Position numbers and translations under genes: made by a program. The notes beneath the pieces were generated by a model that was not told the origin of the DNA, ran no database searches, and worked only from the letters and a program-made list of their open reading frames with translations. A stretch of DNA of 64,000 nt from Trueperaceae bacterium (GTDB lineage Bacteria; Deinococcota; Deinococci; Deinococcales; Trueperaceae), in assembly GCA_965215565.1 (NCBI GenBank), contig CBDCDZ010000004.1:3712001-3776000 (forward strand), read 5' to 3'. Each line of letters opens with the position of its first letter. Position 1 is the first letter of the stretch. Shown here piece by piece: positions 29,248 through 38,646 of the stretch.

Positions 29248-29380
29248 GCTGCGCTGTATACGCTTATAGGTTGAATAGCGCTGCCCCACACGAAACGTCG
29301 TAAACTGCTGCGTGAACCGTTTCCGCACCTATGTCTAGCCTGTATCTAATAGCACTTCCAAAACATACTGATACAAAGGG

Positions 29381-29462
29381 GCGCAGATATCATCTCATAA
29401 TGCGCGTGTTGAACAGTGTTTTTTATAGTGAGAGTGTCTCAAACCAGATGATACCTGCTATA
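29381..29462 (-). repeat. Family A copy (reverse)
   Basis: GCGCAGATATCATC...GTGAGAGTGTCTCAAACCAGATGATACCTGCTATA. Confidence 0.85.
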
Positions 29463-29615
29463 AACGCCTGATTGTCCAAGTACTGCGCTTCATTAAACCT
29501 TTAGACGTGCATCCAAATTCCTTTGCAATGCGTAAAATTTAACAGAAAGCCCACAACTCTACCTTTTCACTTCCAAGGTGGGCCGCTTCACTTGGGGACA
29601 CAGTATGGAGGACAC

Positions 29616-30683
29616 ATGGACATTAAAAAAGTTCTAAACGCCAAGACGGACCGCCGCCGCTTGCTCGGCAACTTAGGCATGATGGGTGCGGGTGCGGTGC
29701 TAACCGCGTGCGGCACGAGCGTCGTCGGTCAGGCTGACCAGGAGACGCAGCAAGCCGCCGGACCGGATGTGGACGCCGCCATTCTCAACTTCGCGCTGAA
29801 CCTGGAATACTTGGAGGCGGCTTACTACCTCGCCGCCGTCGGGCGCTTAGGCGAACTGCCGGGCTACAGCCCCGACAAGGTCATCTTGCCCGAGGGTTAC
29901 GACGGCACGGACCCCAGCACCTCGCTCTACGCGCCCGAAGAACTCTCCTCTCAGACCGTCACTAAAGTGACCAAGCTCGTCGGCGAGTTCGCCAACGAAA
30001 TTGCCGAGGACGAGCTTAGCCACGTGGTTTTCTTGCGTACGGTCCTGGATAGCATCGGTGCGCCCGTCGCTGAGTTGCCTGTTCTTAACCTGAGCACATC
30101 CTTCGTCGCGGCTGCGACCGCTGCTGATAGTCTCGCGGACGGCGGACTCGGTTTCGATCCGAACGGCTTCAACCCCTTTGCGAATGACACCTTCTTCTTA
30201 CACGGTGCGTTCATCTTTGAGGATGTCGGCGTCACGGCGTACAAGGGCGCAGCGCGTTACATCACCAACAAGGACTATTTAGAGGCTGCCGCTGGCATCC
30301 TCGCGGTCGAGGCGTACCACGCCGGTGAAGTGCGCAGCTTCCTCTACAGCTCTGACGAGCGCCGCGAATACCGCTACGGCGGCGTGGACATCTGGAAGGT
30401 GACGCAGGCGATTTCGGATGCGCGCGACTCCTTAGACGGCACCAGCGACCTCGATCAAGGCGTCGCGAACGGTCCCAAGGGGCTGACCGCCAATATCACG
30501 CCCACCGACAGTAACGCCATCGTCTTTAGCCGCACGCCGCTCCAAGTTGCCAAGATCGTTTACCTCAGCCCGGACGCAGCCGTGAGCGACGCGAGCTTCT
30601 TCCCGCAAGGTATCAGCGTCCCAGCGGGTTTAGCGGACACCTTTGGCGTGCTCCTCAGCCCCGACTTCCCGAACAACCTCTAA
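29616..30683 (+). CDS. Ferritin-like desiccation-related protein (PCC13-62 type), probable Tat lipoprotein
   Basis: LNFALNLEYLEA, EIAEDELSHVVFLR, FEDVGVTAYKGAA, ILAVEAYHAG; RRRLL twin-Arg and LTAC lipobox. Confidence 0.88.
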   Translation: MDIKKVLNAKTDRRRLLGNLGMMGAGAVLTACGTSVVGQADQETQQAAGPDVDAAILNFALNLEYLEAAYYLAAVGRLGELPGYSPDKVILPEGYDGTDPSTSLYAPEELSSQTVTKVTKLVGEFANEIAEDELSHVVFLRTVLDSIGAPVAELPVLNLSTSFVAAATAADSLADGGLGFDPNGFNPFANDTFFLHGAFIFEDVGVTAYKGAARYITNKDYLEAAAGILAVEAYHAGEVRSFLYSSDERREYRYGGVDIWKVTQAISDARDSLDGTSDLDQGVANGPKGLTANITPTDSNAIVFSRTPLQVAKIVYLSPDAAVSDASFFPQGISVPAGLADTFGVLLSPDFPNNL

Positions 30684-30690
30684 CCTCTTT

Positions 30691-30724
30691 TGGGGTCCGG
30701 TATTCGGACCCCACTCTATTTTTT
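30691..30724 (+). terminator. Intrinsic terminator
   Basis: TGGGGTCCG-GTATT-CGGACCCCA followed by a T-rich tract. Confidence 0.7.
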
Positions 30725-30748
30725 GGTGACTTATCGCTTGAAAGTTGG

Positions 30749-30899
30749 GCAGTAGGTACAGGTCGAATGCCGACGGGTACGTCTTGCGACGTTTCTATGT
30801 GATGAACGTTCCCGTATAACGAATAAGGGGTTGCGTGTAATGAACAAGGGGTTGCAACCCCTTGTTTAACCTCTGCATCATTCCAAATAGCGCCACTAC
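30749..30899 (-). repeat. Family B copy (reverse)
   Basis: Reverse complement starts GTAGTGGCGCTATTTGGAATGA; contains AAGGGGTTGCAACCCCTT. Confidence 0.8.
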
Positions 30900-30940
30900 C
30901 TAGAAGCGCAGCCTCAAATCCCAAGATAGGACGACAACGA

Positions 30941-31816
30941 ATGAACCGACCTCTTCTTTTGCTCTTGTCATTACTCACGGCTTGCGCGTTCCAGGGCGAT
31001 CTGGTGGAGGAGCCCGCGCCCGAACTCACCTTGAGCGCGTCGGTGACGGAAGGGGTTGCGCCGCTCGAGGTCACCTTCTCCGCGCAACACACGCCCGCGT
31101 CGGCTGCAGCTACCTACACCTGGACGCTCGCCGGGCAGCCGCTGAGTAACACTACTTCTAAGCTTACCCACACGTTCGACGCACCGGGCGTCTACGTCGT
31201 CACGATCAAGGCGGAGACGCGCTCAGGAGCCGCTGCCGACAGCGCGACGGTGCGCGTGACGCGAGCGGACGCGCCGCCCGAGCCGGGTCCGGTGGGCGAG
31301 GGGACGCTCAACGTCATGAAAACCCCCGGCGGACCCGCACCCTGGGCGGTGCGCTACACCGTTCAAGCGGAAGGCTACAGTGACAACAGGCAGATCAGGG
31401 TGCGCTGCTCCGCTGACGGCGATCTCAGCTATGAGGTGAACGAGGGCGCAGCGTGCCTCCACACAACCGCCACCGAGGAAGCGCAAATAGACGTCTTAGT
31501 TGAGGATGAGGTAGTGGACAGCGTTACGGTGGCGTCTGAGGTGACGCCGCCACAAGAAGAGGTCGCTTTTCTGGGAACGTGGCGCTACGACTCGAGAGGC
31601 ACGAGCGAAACGTTCGATATTACGCGCGGCACGCCCACGGCCGGGGAGAGCGGCGCGGGCGACTTCAAGCTCTTTCTCATCAAGTTGGACGGACGCGACA
31701 TTGCTGAATTTACTTTTGGAGGCAGGACGGTTGTGTTGGAGCCCAATCCCGAAGTGGACGGACGGCAGGTTTATTTCGCCGACGTCTACGATCTGCGCTT
31801 GGTGCGCTTAGACTGA
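30941..31816 (+). CDS. PKD-domain lipoprotein
   Basis: LTAC lipobox; GVAPLEVTFSA...YTW...HTFDAPGVYVVT. Confidence 0.8.
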   Translation: MNRPLLLLLSLLTACAFQGDLVEEPAPELTLSASVTEGVAPLEVTFSAQHTPASAAATYTWTLAGQPLSNTTSKLTHTFDAPGVYVVTIKAETRSGAAADSATVRVTRADAPPEPGPVGEGTLNVMKTPGGPAPWAVRYTVQAEGYSDNRQIRVRCSADGDLSYEVNEGAACLHTTATEEAQIDVLVEDEVVDSVTVASEVTPPQEEVAFLGTWRYDSRGTSETFDITRGTPTAGESGAGDFKLFLIKLDGRDIAEFTFGGRTVVLEPNPEVDGRQVYFADVYDLRLVRLD

Positions 31817-31847
31817 ACGCTGTCTCGCTCAACTGTTATTACATAGG

Positions 31848-31975
31848 ATAGTGGCTCTATCTGGAATGACGTCGATATCAAAACGAGGGGTGTCAAAGCA
31901 AGGGGTTGAAACCCCCTGTTGTCGCGTGGAGACGGTAGACGAAGCGCGTGGCGGCATTCGACTTAGGACCACTAC
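31848..31975 (+). repeat. Family B copy
   Basis: TAGTGGCTCTATCTGGAATGAC...AAGGGGTTGAAACCCC...GGCATTCGACTTAGGACCACTAC. Confidence 0.85.
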
Positions 31976-32109
31976 ACTCGAGTCGGGCTGGAAGCTCACA
32001 TATCCCTCGCTCCCTCACTCTCCGAACGGCGCTACAATCTCCTCACCTCGTCGCCCTCTATAGTGGGGTATACGTAAATGTGAGAACACTTTCACTTGAA
32101 GGGAAAACC

Positions 32110-32598
32110 ATGTTAGATAAAGCGCTGAATGAATTTTTCGGGCAGGACAAGAACCGCGAGGAGGACTACCGTGACTTCGAGCGTCGCCAGCGGGAGAACC
32201 CCGAGCAGGTCTCGGACCAGGAGGCGGCGCGGCGCTACCGCGAGATGATGGGCCAGATGGACGACCAGGACGAGGACGAAGAGGTGCAGCGCGAGTACGA
32301 ACGCGCGTTTAGCAATCTCTCACCCCAAGAGCGGCGCGACCTAGCCGAGCGTTATATGAAGGCGACGGAGGACAGCGGACGCTCTTATCAGGGGTATGAC
32401 CGGAATCACGATGTGGAGCAAGCATCCTCGCCCCGCGAGTTGGGCCGTATGACGCGCCGCGCCGCCAAGCAAGACCCTGACCTCTTGGAGCAGCTTGTCG
32501 GTTCGAATAGCCCGCTGAACAGCCGCGGTGGCAAGATGGCTTTAGCTGGCTTAGCCGCTTTTGCTGCTAAGCGGTTTCTAGGCAACAAGCGACGCTAG
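32110..32598 (+). CDS. Hydrophilic hypothetical protein
   Basis: Start MLDKALNEFFG; highly charged; ends ALAGLAAFAAKRFL. Confidence 0.7.
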   Translation: MLDKALNEFFGQDKNREEDYRDFERRQRENPEQVSDQEAARRYREMMGQMDDQDEDEEVQREYERAFSNLSPQERRDLAERYMKATEDSGRSYQGYDRNHDVEQASSPRELGRMTRRAAKQDPDLLEQLVGSNSPLNSRGGKMALAGLAAFAAKRFLGNKRR

Positions 32599-32639
32599 TA
32601 CCCACAGAAAATGACGATAGAGCACCTGCGCAGGTGCTC

Positions 32640-32936
32640 TTACTTTTGCTTGCTGACCCAACCTAAGAATTTCTGCACGCGCGGCTCGGCGAGAATGGCG
32701 CTCAAGGTGTTGTACTCGCGCCCCAGCTCTTTCTCCGTAAAGGTGCGGTGCAGGTGCTTGTGACAGGCGCGGCAGAGCCACACGCCCCGGTGGGTCATGT
32801 CACCCCGGTCGAAGCGCTTTTTGAACCACTTGTTGCTGTGGTTCGTGCGCGGGATGAGGTGGTGAAAGGTCAGCGGCTTGTCGCGCCCACACATAGCGCA
32901 CGTGTTTGGCTTGTCAGGTTTAGCAGTGAGGCTCAC
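32640..32936 (-). CDS. Small HNH-endonuclease-like protein
   Basis: CAMC...LTFHHLIPR...LCRACHKHLH...ELGREYNT. Confidence 0.8.
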   Translation of the reverse strand: MSLTAKPDKPNTCAMCGRDKPLTFHHLIPRTNHSNKWFKKRFDRGDMTHRGVWLCRACHKHLHRTFTEKELGREYNTLSAILAEPRVQKFLGWVSKQK

Positions 32937-33004
32937 AACCTCTTGATTTTACCTGTGGAAAGCCCGTTGGTGCGTCGCTCACGACGTTTCTGGCTGATAT
33001 TTTT

Positions 33005-33115
33005 TGGTGGTTTCGAACCGAATGCCAACGTGCGCTTCTTCCGCCATTTTCGTATGATGGACAAGGGGTTTCAACCCCTTGTTAGCCTCTGTATTCTTCC
33101 AGATAGAGCCCCTAC
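33005..33115 (-). repeat. Family B copy (reverse)
   Basis: Reverse complement GTAGGGGCTCTATCTGGAA...AAGGGGTTGAAACCCCTTG...GGCATTCG. Confidence 0.8.
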
Positions 33116-33272
33116 TTTTTTAAGATATCGCGCGCAGTTTTCCGTACAGACTCGAGCCCTAATTCCCTTTAGAAATTATTCTTGCATGTTTCCCCGGCCT
33201 CTTTGCAATGCGGCTTTCCCAATGTCACACATGCTAGCATCGAGAAAAGCCTCGAGCTAGAAGGAGAACATC

Positions 33273-34850
33273 ATGCCACAAACAGCCGTCAAAACCTTTG
33301 CCAACCTCATCGGTGGACAAGAGGTCCCCAGCCAAGAGACTTTCGAGTCGCACAACTCATCGAATCAAAGCGACGTCGTCGGCACATTTCCCGAAGCCAC
33401 GAAAGAGCAGGTCCGCGAGGCGTGCCGGGTGGCGAAAGAGGCGTTTAAGCGCTGGTCAAAGACGCCTGCCCCGGTGCGCGGCGAACTCATCGGCACCATC
33501 GGCAAGGCGTTGGAGCGGGAAAAAGAAGCCCTGTCGCGCCTGGTCACGCGCGAGATGGGCAAGACGCTCAAGGAGGCGCGGGGCGAGGTGCAAGAAGCCA
33601 TCGACACCTGCCACTTCTTCCAGTCCGAAGGGAGGCGGTTGTACGGGCAGACCGTCCCCTCGGAGATGCCTAGTAAGGACCTCACCACCTACCGCCGACC
33701 GCTCGGCGTCGTCGGCATGGTCACGGCGGGCAACTTCCCCATCGCCGTGCCGAGTTGGAAGATCATCCCCGCGCTCGTCACGGGCAACACGGTGGTTTGG
33801 AAACCCTCGGAGGACGCGCCCGCCGTCGCGTACGCCTTTGTCAAGCTCATTCAGGAGGCGGGCATCCCCGAAGGGGTGGTCAACCTCGTTTTCGGCGGCG
33901 GTAAAGATGCGGCGGGGCAGCACCTCATCGACATGATGGACGAGGGTTACTTGGGCAAGTTCGCCTTCACGGGCTCGACTCAAGTCGGCAAGATGATTGG
34001 CGAGGTTGCGGGGCGCAACCTCTTGCATCCAACCTTGGAACTCGGCGGCAAAAATCCCCTCGTGGTGATGCGCGATGCGGACCTGGACAACGCCGTGACG
34101 GGGGCGCTCTGGGCTAGTTTTGGGACGGGCGGACAGCGCTGCACCTCGGCGGGCAACCTCATCGTGGACGCGCCCATCTACGATAACTTTAAGGAGAGAT
34201 TTTTAGCGGCGGCTAAAGAGGTCAAAATCGGCGACCCGAACAGAGTCGAAGACGTGCTCTACGGGCCTTTCATCAGCGAAAAGTTTTTCGAGCGTTGGGC
34301 GGAGCACTACACCTGGGGCGAAGAGGACGGCGCGACGCGCCTCTACGGACAGGGACGCATCACCGAAGATAATCAACCCGGGGGCTTCGTGAGCGACGCG
34401 GACAGCAGCTTCTACGGCTGGCCCACCATTTGGGAGGACGTTAAACCGGGAATGCGGCAGTTCCAGCAAGAGGTCTTCGGTCCCACCATCAACCTCGTCA
34501 AAGTGGACGGCATCGACGAGGCGATCGAGGTGGCGAACGCAGTGGATTACGGCCTGTCGTCCGCCATCTACACGAACAGCCGCGAGTGGGCGCACCGCTT
34601 CAAAGACGAGATTCAAGCGGGCATGACGAGTATCAATAACTCGACTTCGGGCGCGGAGGCGCACATGCCTTTTGGCGGCGTGAAGGGCTCGGGCAACGGC
34701 GCGCGCGAGTCAGGGATTTGGGTTTTGGACTCGTACACCTATTGGCACGGCGTCAACGATGATATTTCAGGCGAGTTGCAACTCGCGCAGATGGACACGG
34801 CGTATATCGAGCCGCAAGGCGAGGTGAAAGTCGAGAAGCTGTTCGGTTGA
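33273..34850 (+). CDS. Aldehyde dehydrogenase
   Basis: GNFP, WKPSE, FTGST, LELGGKNP, GQRCT, EVFGP, PFGGVKGSG. Confidence 0.95.
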   Translation: MPQTAVKTFANLIGGQEVPSQETFESHNSSNQSDVVGTFPEATKEQVREACRVAKEAFKRWSKTPAPVRGELIGTIGKALEREKEALSRLVTREMGKTLKEARGEVQEAIDTCHFFQSEGRRLYGQTVPSEMPSKDLTTYRRPLGVVGMVTAGNFPIAVPSWKIIPALVTGNTVVWKPSEDAPAVAYAFVKLIQEAGIPEGVVNLVFGGGKDAAGQHLIDMMDEGYLGKFAFTGSTQVGKMIGEVAGRNLLHPTLELGGKNPLVVMRDADLDNAVTGALWASFGTGGQRCTSAGNLIVDAPIYDNFKERFLAAAKEVKIGDPNRVEDVLYGPFISEKFFERWAEHYTWGEEDGATRLYGQGRITEDNQPGGFVSDADSSFYGWPTIWEDVKPGMRQFQQEVFGPTINLVKVDGIDEAIEVANAVDYGLSSAIYTNSREWAHRFKDEIQAGMTSINNSTSGAEAHMPFGGVKGSGNGARESGIWVLDSYTYWHGVNDDISGELQLAQMDTAYIEPQGEVKVEKLFG

Positions 34851-34893
34851 GCGTTAGCCGCCGCAACTGAATAACTGGGATGGAGCGCGTGGC

Positions 34894-34921
34894 GTAGGGG
34901 AGATTTGTGAATCTCTCCTAC
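34894..34921. repeat. GTAG-type REP-like palindrome (family C)
   Basis: GTAGGGGAGATT-TGTG-AATCTCTCCTAC. Confidence 0.65.
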
Positions 34922-35017
34922 GAAACGTCGTGTATCTGTTTATAAGATTTGAAGGGACATTTTCATCTGGCTTGCATGTTGTCCTCTTGCCTAAAATGTT
35001 TCGACAGGAGGCAAACT

Positions 35018-35590
35018 ATGACCGTAGCGACGACGAAGCCAGGCAAGCCGAGCTTAGGGTCCTTTCGAGAGCAACTCCGCAACATCGAGGAGGACACGAA
35101 AGACCTCTGTGCTGATCTGACGCCTGAGCAGCTTACGCGGCAACCTCTTTCTGGCGGTTGGTCCGTCCAGGAATGTCTGGTGCACCTCAACGTTACGGGC
35201 GAGCTTTATCTGGCGAAGATGGAGCCCGTCCTCGAGGCCTCCAGAGCGAGAGGTGAAAAAGGGCAAGCCCCTCTTCGCTACGGACTTCTGGGTGGACCTT
35301 TTATCCGCTCGCAGGAGCCGCCCGTTCACTTCAAAGCGAAAGCCCCCGAGGTCTTTCGTCCTGTCCAGACTCCAGATGAATCGGTTTTACCGAACTTTCT
35401 TGCGTTCCAAGAGAGCGTGCGTGACCTCTTGGTACGGGCTGAGGGCTTACCGCTTACGAAGTTGAGCGTCACCTCGCCTGCAAGCAAGTGGCTTAAACTC
35501 AGCGTTTTCGAAGCGTTCGGCTTGCTGCTCGCGCACGAACGGCGGCACCTGTGGCAAGCGCGGAGGGTCAAAAGCGAACTCGTTCCATGA
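35018..35590 (+). CDS. DinB/YfiT-family protein
   Basis: WSVQECLVHL and AHERRHLWQA His motifs; ATG 35018 after GGAGG. Confidence 0.85.
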   Translation: MTVATTKPGKPSLGSFREQLRNIEEDTKDLCADLTPEQLTRQPLSGGWSVQECLVHLNVTGELYLAKMEPVLEASRARGEKGQAPLRYGLLGGPFIRSQEPPVHFKAKAPEVFRPVQTPDESVLPNFLAFQESVRDLLVRAEGLPLTKLSVTSPASKWLKLSVFEAFGLLLAHERRHLWQARRVKSELVP

Positions 35591-35682
35591 AGTTTCGTTT
35601 AGCTCCTTTAGAGAGGTTTATTAGAGAGGTGCGTCATACTCCGGGTTAGCGTAGGTCATCCCAACCTCAGAAGGAGTCATCC

Positions 35683-36378
35683 ATGAAACCTCTTATCTTA
35701 GCCAGCCTTTTAACCCTGTTCGGCGCACTTGCGTGGGCGCAAGACGGACTGGGCGAAAGTACCATCGCCGTTACCGGTACGGGTACGGTCTACGCCGAGC
35801 CTGACCGAGCGATGTTCGACGTAGGCGTGAGCGCCTTTCAAACGGATGTCACCCAAGCGAGCGACGAGGTCAGCGACAAGGTCACGCAGGTTATCGCAAC
35901 ATTAGAGGCGCTAGGCGTTGCTGAAAGGGATATCCGCACGGTGGACATCAGCATCTTTCCCGAGCAGAATTACAACCGCGAGGGCGAACTTACCGGTACG
36001 CGCTTTCGCGTCGCGAACCGCCTGCGCGTCACCGTGCAGGACACCGAGCAACTCAGCACGCTCTTAGGGCGGAGCGTTCAGGCGGGCGCGAACGAGGTGA
36101 GCAACGTTCGCTATACGTTTGCCGACCCTAAAACTTTGGAGGACGAAGCGAGGGCGCAGGCGATGAGCGCGGCACGTGACAAAGCGGAGCAACTCGCGAG
36201 TTTGGCGGGCGTACAACTGGGCGTAGTCCAGCGTATCGTGGAGCAAGGCGGTGGCTCACAGCCCTTCCCCCAACAGACGCGCATGATGGCGGCGGAAGCG
36301 GACAGTAGCGTGCCCGTCTCGGCGGGGCAGCTCTCGGTGAGCGTCTCTTTGAGCGTCAACTACGCGATCACGCCGTAA
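35683..36378 (+). CDS. SIMPL (DUF541) periplasmic protein
   Basis: Signal peptide; IAVTGTGTVYAEPD, DIRT, AGANEV, AMSAARDKAEQLA. Confidence 0.9.
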   Translation: MKPLILASLLTLFGALAWAQDGLGESTIAVTGTGTVYAEPDRAMFDVGVSAFQTDVTQASDEVSDKVTQVIATLEALGVAERDIRTVDISIFPEQNYNREGELTGTRFRVANRLRVTVQDTEQLSTLLGRSVQAGANEVSNVRYTFADPKTLEDEARAQAMSAARDKAEQLASLAGVQLGVVQRIVEQGGGSQPFPQQTRMMAAEADSSVPVSAGQLSVSVSLSVNYAITP

Positions 36379-36402
36379 GCAGCGCGTGTTAAGTTAGCAG
36401 CT

Positions 36403-36987
36403 ATGCCCGAAGAGGTCCTCTGTTTGCCTGTTGCACATTTGCCCGAGCCGAGCCCCGACGTGCTACCTCTTAGCGAAGCGCTCTACGAATTCATCGCCAC
36501 AAGGGGCGAATTCAGAGCGCGAGACGCCGTGGAAACGGACGAGACCTACCGCCAGATCATCCCTTATGCGGTGCTCGAGCGAGAGGACCGCGTCTTCTTG
36601 GTCGAGCGGCTCAAAGCCGGCTCCGAGGCGCGGCTCCACAACCGCCTGTCGATCGGGCTTGGCGGGCATATCAACGCCGCCGACGCCTCAGCTACTTATG
36701 CGAACGCGCGAGACCTGCTCGAGGGCGCGCTGACCCGCGAACTCCGCGAAGAGGTCTACATCCGCGCCTTTTTCGCTCATGCGGTAGGGCTCATTCACCG
36801 CGCCGAAACTCCCGTCGAACGAGTTCACACCGGCATTTTGTACCGCGTCAAGACGCCTGGCGAGGTCCGCGTGCGCGAGACGCACAAGCTTGCGGGCGAC
36901 TTCGTGGCGTGGGAAGAGGTCGAGCGGGTCTCGGAGCGGCTCGAGCGGTGGTCGCAGACGGCGCTCAAATTCTTACGCAGGGGTTAG
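36403..36987 (+). CDS. Nudix-like predicted phosphoesterase
   Basis: ETDETYRQIIPY, EARLH, SIGLGGHIN, RELREE, VHTG. Confidence 0.8.
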   Translation: MPEEVLCLPVAHLPEPSPDVLPLSEALYEFIATRGEFRARDAVETDETYRQIIPYAVLEREDRVFLVERLKAGSEARLHNRLSIGLGGHINAADASATYANARDLLEGALTRELREEVYIRAFFAHAVGLIHRAETPVERVHTGILYRVKTPGEVRVRETHKLAGDFVAWEEVERVSERLERWSQTALKFLRRG

Positions 36988-37024
36988 TGACGCGAAAGAC
37001 GTTCGCTAAGTGTGGGCGTCCGTA

Positions 37025-37681
37025 TTAACTAAACGCTTCGTCCTCGAAAAGCCCGTGCATAAAGAGGTGTAAAACCGCCTGTATAACCCGTTCATCCTCG
37101 CTTGCGGGCTCCTCCGCGATGCGCCAAAAGAGCCCGTTGAGAAGCCGCGCCGTCGTCTCGACGTCCACCTCTTGCCGCGCCCCTGGAAGTGTGAGCGCCG
37201 AGCGCAACACGAACTCGACGCGCTTGGCGGTCCACGTTTGAATACGCCCGTCAAGCGCCGCGAGTTCAGTGTCGCTGAGCGCCACCTCGCGCCACGCCCG
37301 GTATGCGCCCGCGTAGGTGCGGTCTGCGCTGAGCCCACTTCGGAGCGCAGCCTCTAATACCTCTTGTGGCTCATCTGCGCTGAGGTCTAAGTTGAGCGTC
37401 TCGAGTTCCCTCAACAAGCTATCCATCAAGACGAGAAGAAGCTGCCGCTTCGAGCGGAAGTGCTGATAGAACGTGCCCGCCGCTGCGTCCGCTCCCTGGG
37501 CGACATCAGCAATGCTCGTCCTCTCGAAGCCGCGCTCCGCGAAGAGGGCTAAGGCGGCGTTTAGAAGGGCGTCTCGGGTGCGGCGACTCCGCGCTTGCTG
37601 CGGAGCGGCGGGCACGTCCTCGTTTGCTAAGAGGTCGGGGCGGGTCAGCTCAGGTGAGGACGGGTTGAGGGATAGTGTCAT
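37025..37681 (-). CDS. TetR/AcrR-family regulator
   Basis: TRDALLNAALALFAERGFERTSIADVA...GTFYQHFRSK; likely start 37681. Confidence 0.9.
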   Translation of the reverse strand: MTLSLNPSSPELTRPDLLANEDVPAAPQQARSRRTRDALLNAALALFAERGFERTSIADVAQGADAAAGTFYQHFRSKRQLLLVLMDSLLRELETLNLDLSADEPQEVLEAALRSGLSADRTYAGAYRAWREVALSDTELAALDGRIQTWTAKRVEFVLRSALTLPGARQEVDVETTARLLNGLFWRIAEEPASEDERVIQAVLHLFMHGLFEDEAFS

Positions 37682-38507
37682 TGACAAACAGTGTAATCGA
37701 CTCGGTGAGAATTTCTGGCTGGTCCTCGGACACGAACGTTCTGGAATTTGCAACGCGCTCTAAGCGGGCATTAGGAAAAGCGTCTGCTAGGCGCTCACCG
37801 AACACGAAGAGCCTGTCGTCTTGTCCCCAAACTACTAAGACGGGTTTATGAAATTCGGAGAAGCGCTCCGCAGCTTCTAGGGTGTAGCGGTTGGAAACCC
37901 CAAGCGCTACTTTTTTAGCGTCTCGCCTTATCTCGGGGCTGTGGATGTAGCCCTCGAAATAGCTCTCTGCGACGTGGGGCTCGAGCTTTGCGTGAGCGAG
38001 CAAGGCGTAGAGGAGGTTCTGAACGGAGCGAAACCGCGCGGCGAAGCCGAGCAGTGACGCGCCACCAGGTATCTGAAAAAGAGCGATGAACGGCTTTAGA
38101 AGGGGCGGGACGAAGTGTTCGAAGGCGTCGCAGTTGGTCAGTACGAGGCTACCTACCCGTTCGGGGTAGTGCACTGCGACGAGCTGGGTGAACGCACCAC
38201 CTGTATCGCACGCAATGACGGTGACATCCATAAGGTTAAGCGCCGCCATGAAGTCGTCTATAAGCTGTGCGACGCCTAAGGGGGTAAGGTCGGCGTCCTG
38301 GTGTATAGGCTTAGTGTGTCCCCCGAGAGGTAGAGTCAGCACGACGCACCGGAAGTGCTCGGAGAGTGGGGGGTAGACCTTGCGCCACATCTCACCGTTG
38401 ACCAGAAAGCCGTGGATGAAGAGAAGGGGTGGACCTGCGCCCATGTCTCTATACTGAATAGGACCTTGGGGAAGCTGGACGGTGCGTAGGCTCGCATCTG
38501 CTGTCAT
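37650..38507 (-). CDS. Alpha/beta hydrolase (Asp nucleophile; epoxide hydrolase/dehalogenase-like)
   Basis: FIHGF, CDTGG nucleophile elbow, LVLTNCD, VWGQDD, FVSEDQP. Confidence 0.85.
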   Translation of the reverse strand: MTADASLRTVQLPQGPIQYRDMGAGPPLLFIHGFLVNGEMWRKVYPPLSEHFRCVVLTLPLGGHTKPIHQDADLTPLGVAQLIDDFMAALNLMDVTVIACDTGGAFTQLVAVHYPERVGSLVLTNCDAFEHFVPPLLKPFIALFQIPGGASLLGFAARFRSVQNLLYALLAHAKLEPHVAESYFEGYIHSPEIRRDAKKVALGVSNRYTLEAAERFSEFHKPVLVVWGQDDRLFVFGERLADAFPNARLERVANSRTFVSEDQPEILTESITLFVNDTIPQPVLT

Positions 38508-38528
38508 CCTATACTCCTTTCTCGTTTC

Positions 38529-38572
38529 CGAATTCGCATTCGTATTTTAGAGAAATAGAGATAAAAAGTCAA
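38529..38572 (-). promoter_or_regulatory. Sigma70-type promoter with candidate TetR operator
   Basis: Minus strand TTGACT-17 nt-TAAAAT (38572-38544), followed by palindrome CGAAT-N4-ATTCG (38529-38542). Confidence 0.6.
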
Positions 38573-38646
38573 CCTGAAGGGTTCGCGCCGCCGCCATCGC
38601 CTGATCTTACTAGCCACCGACTAGGTCCGCGCGGTAGGCTAACCTT

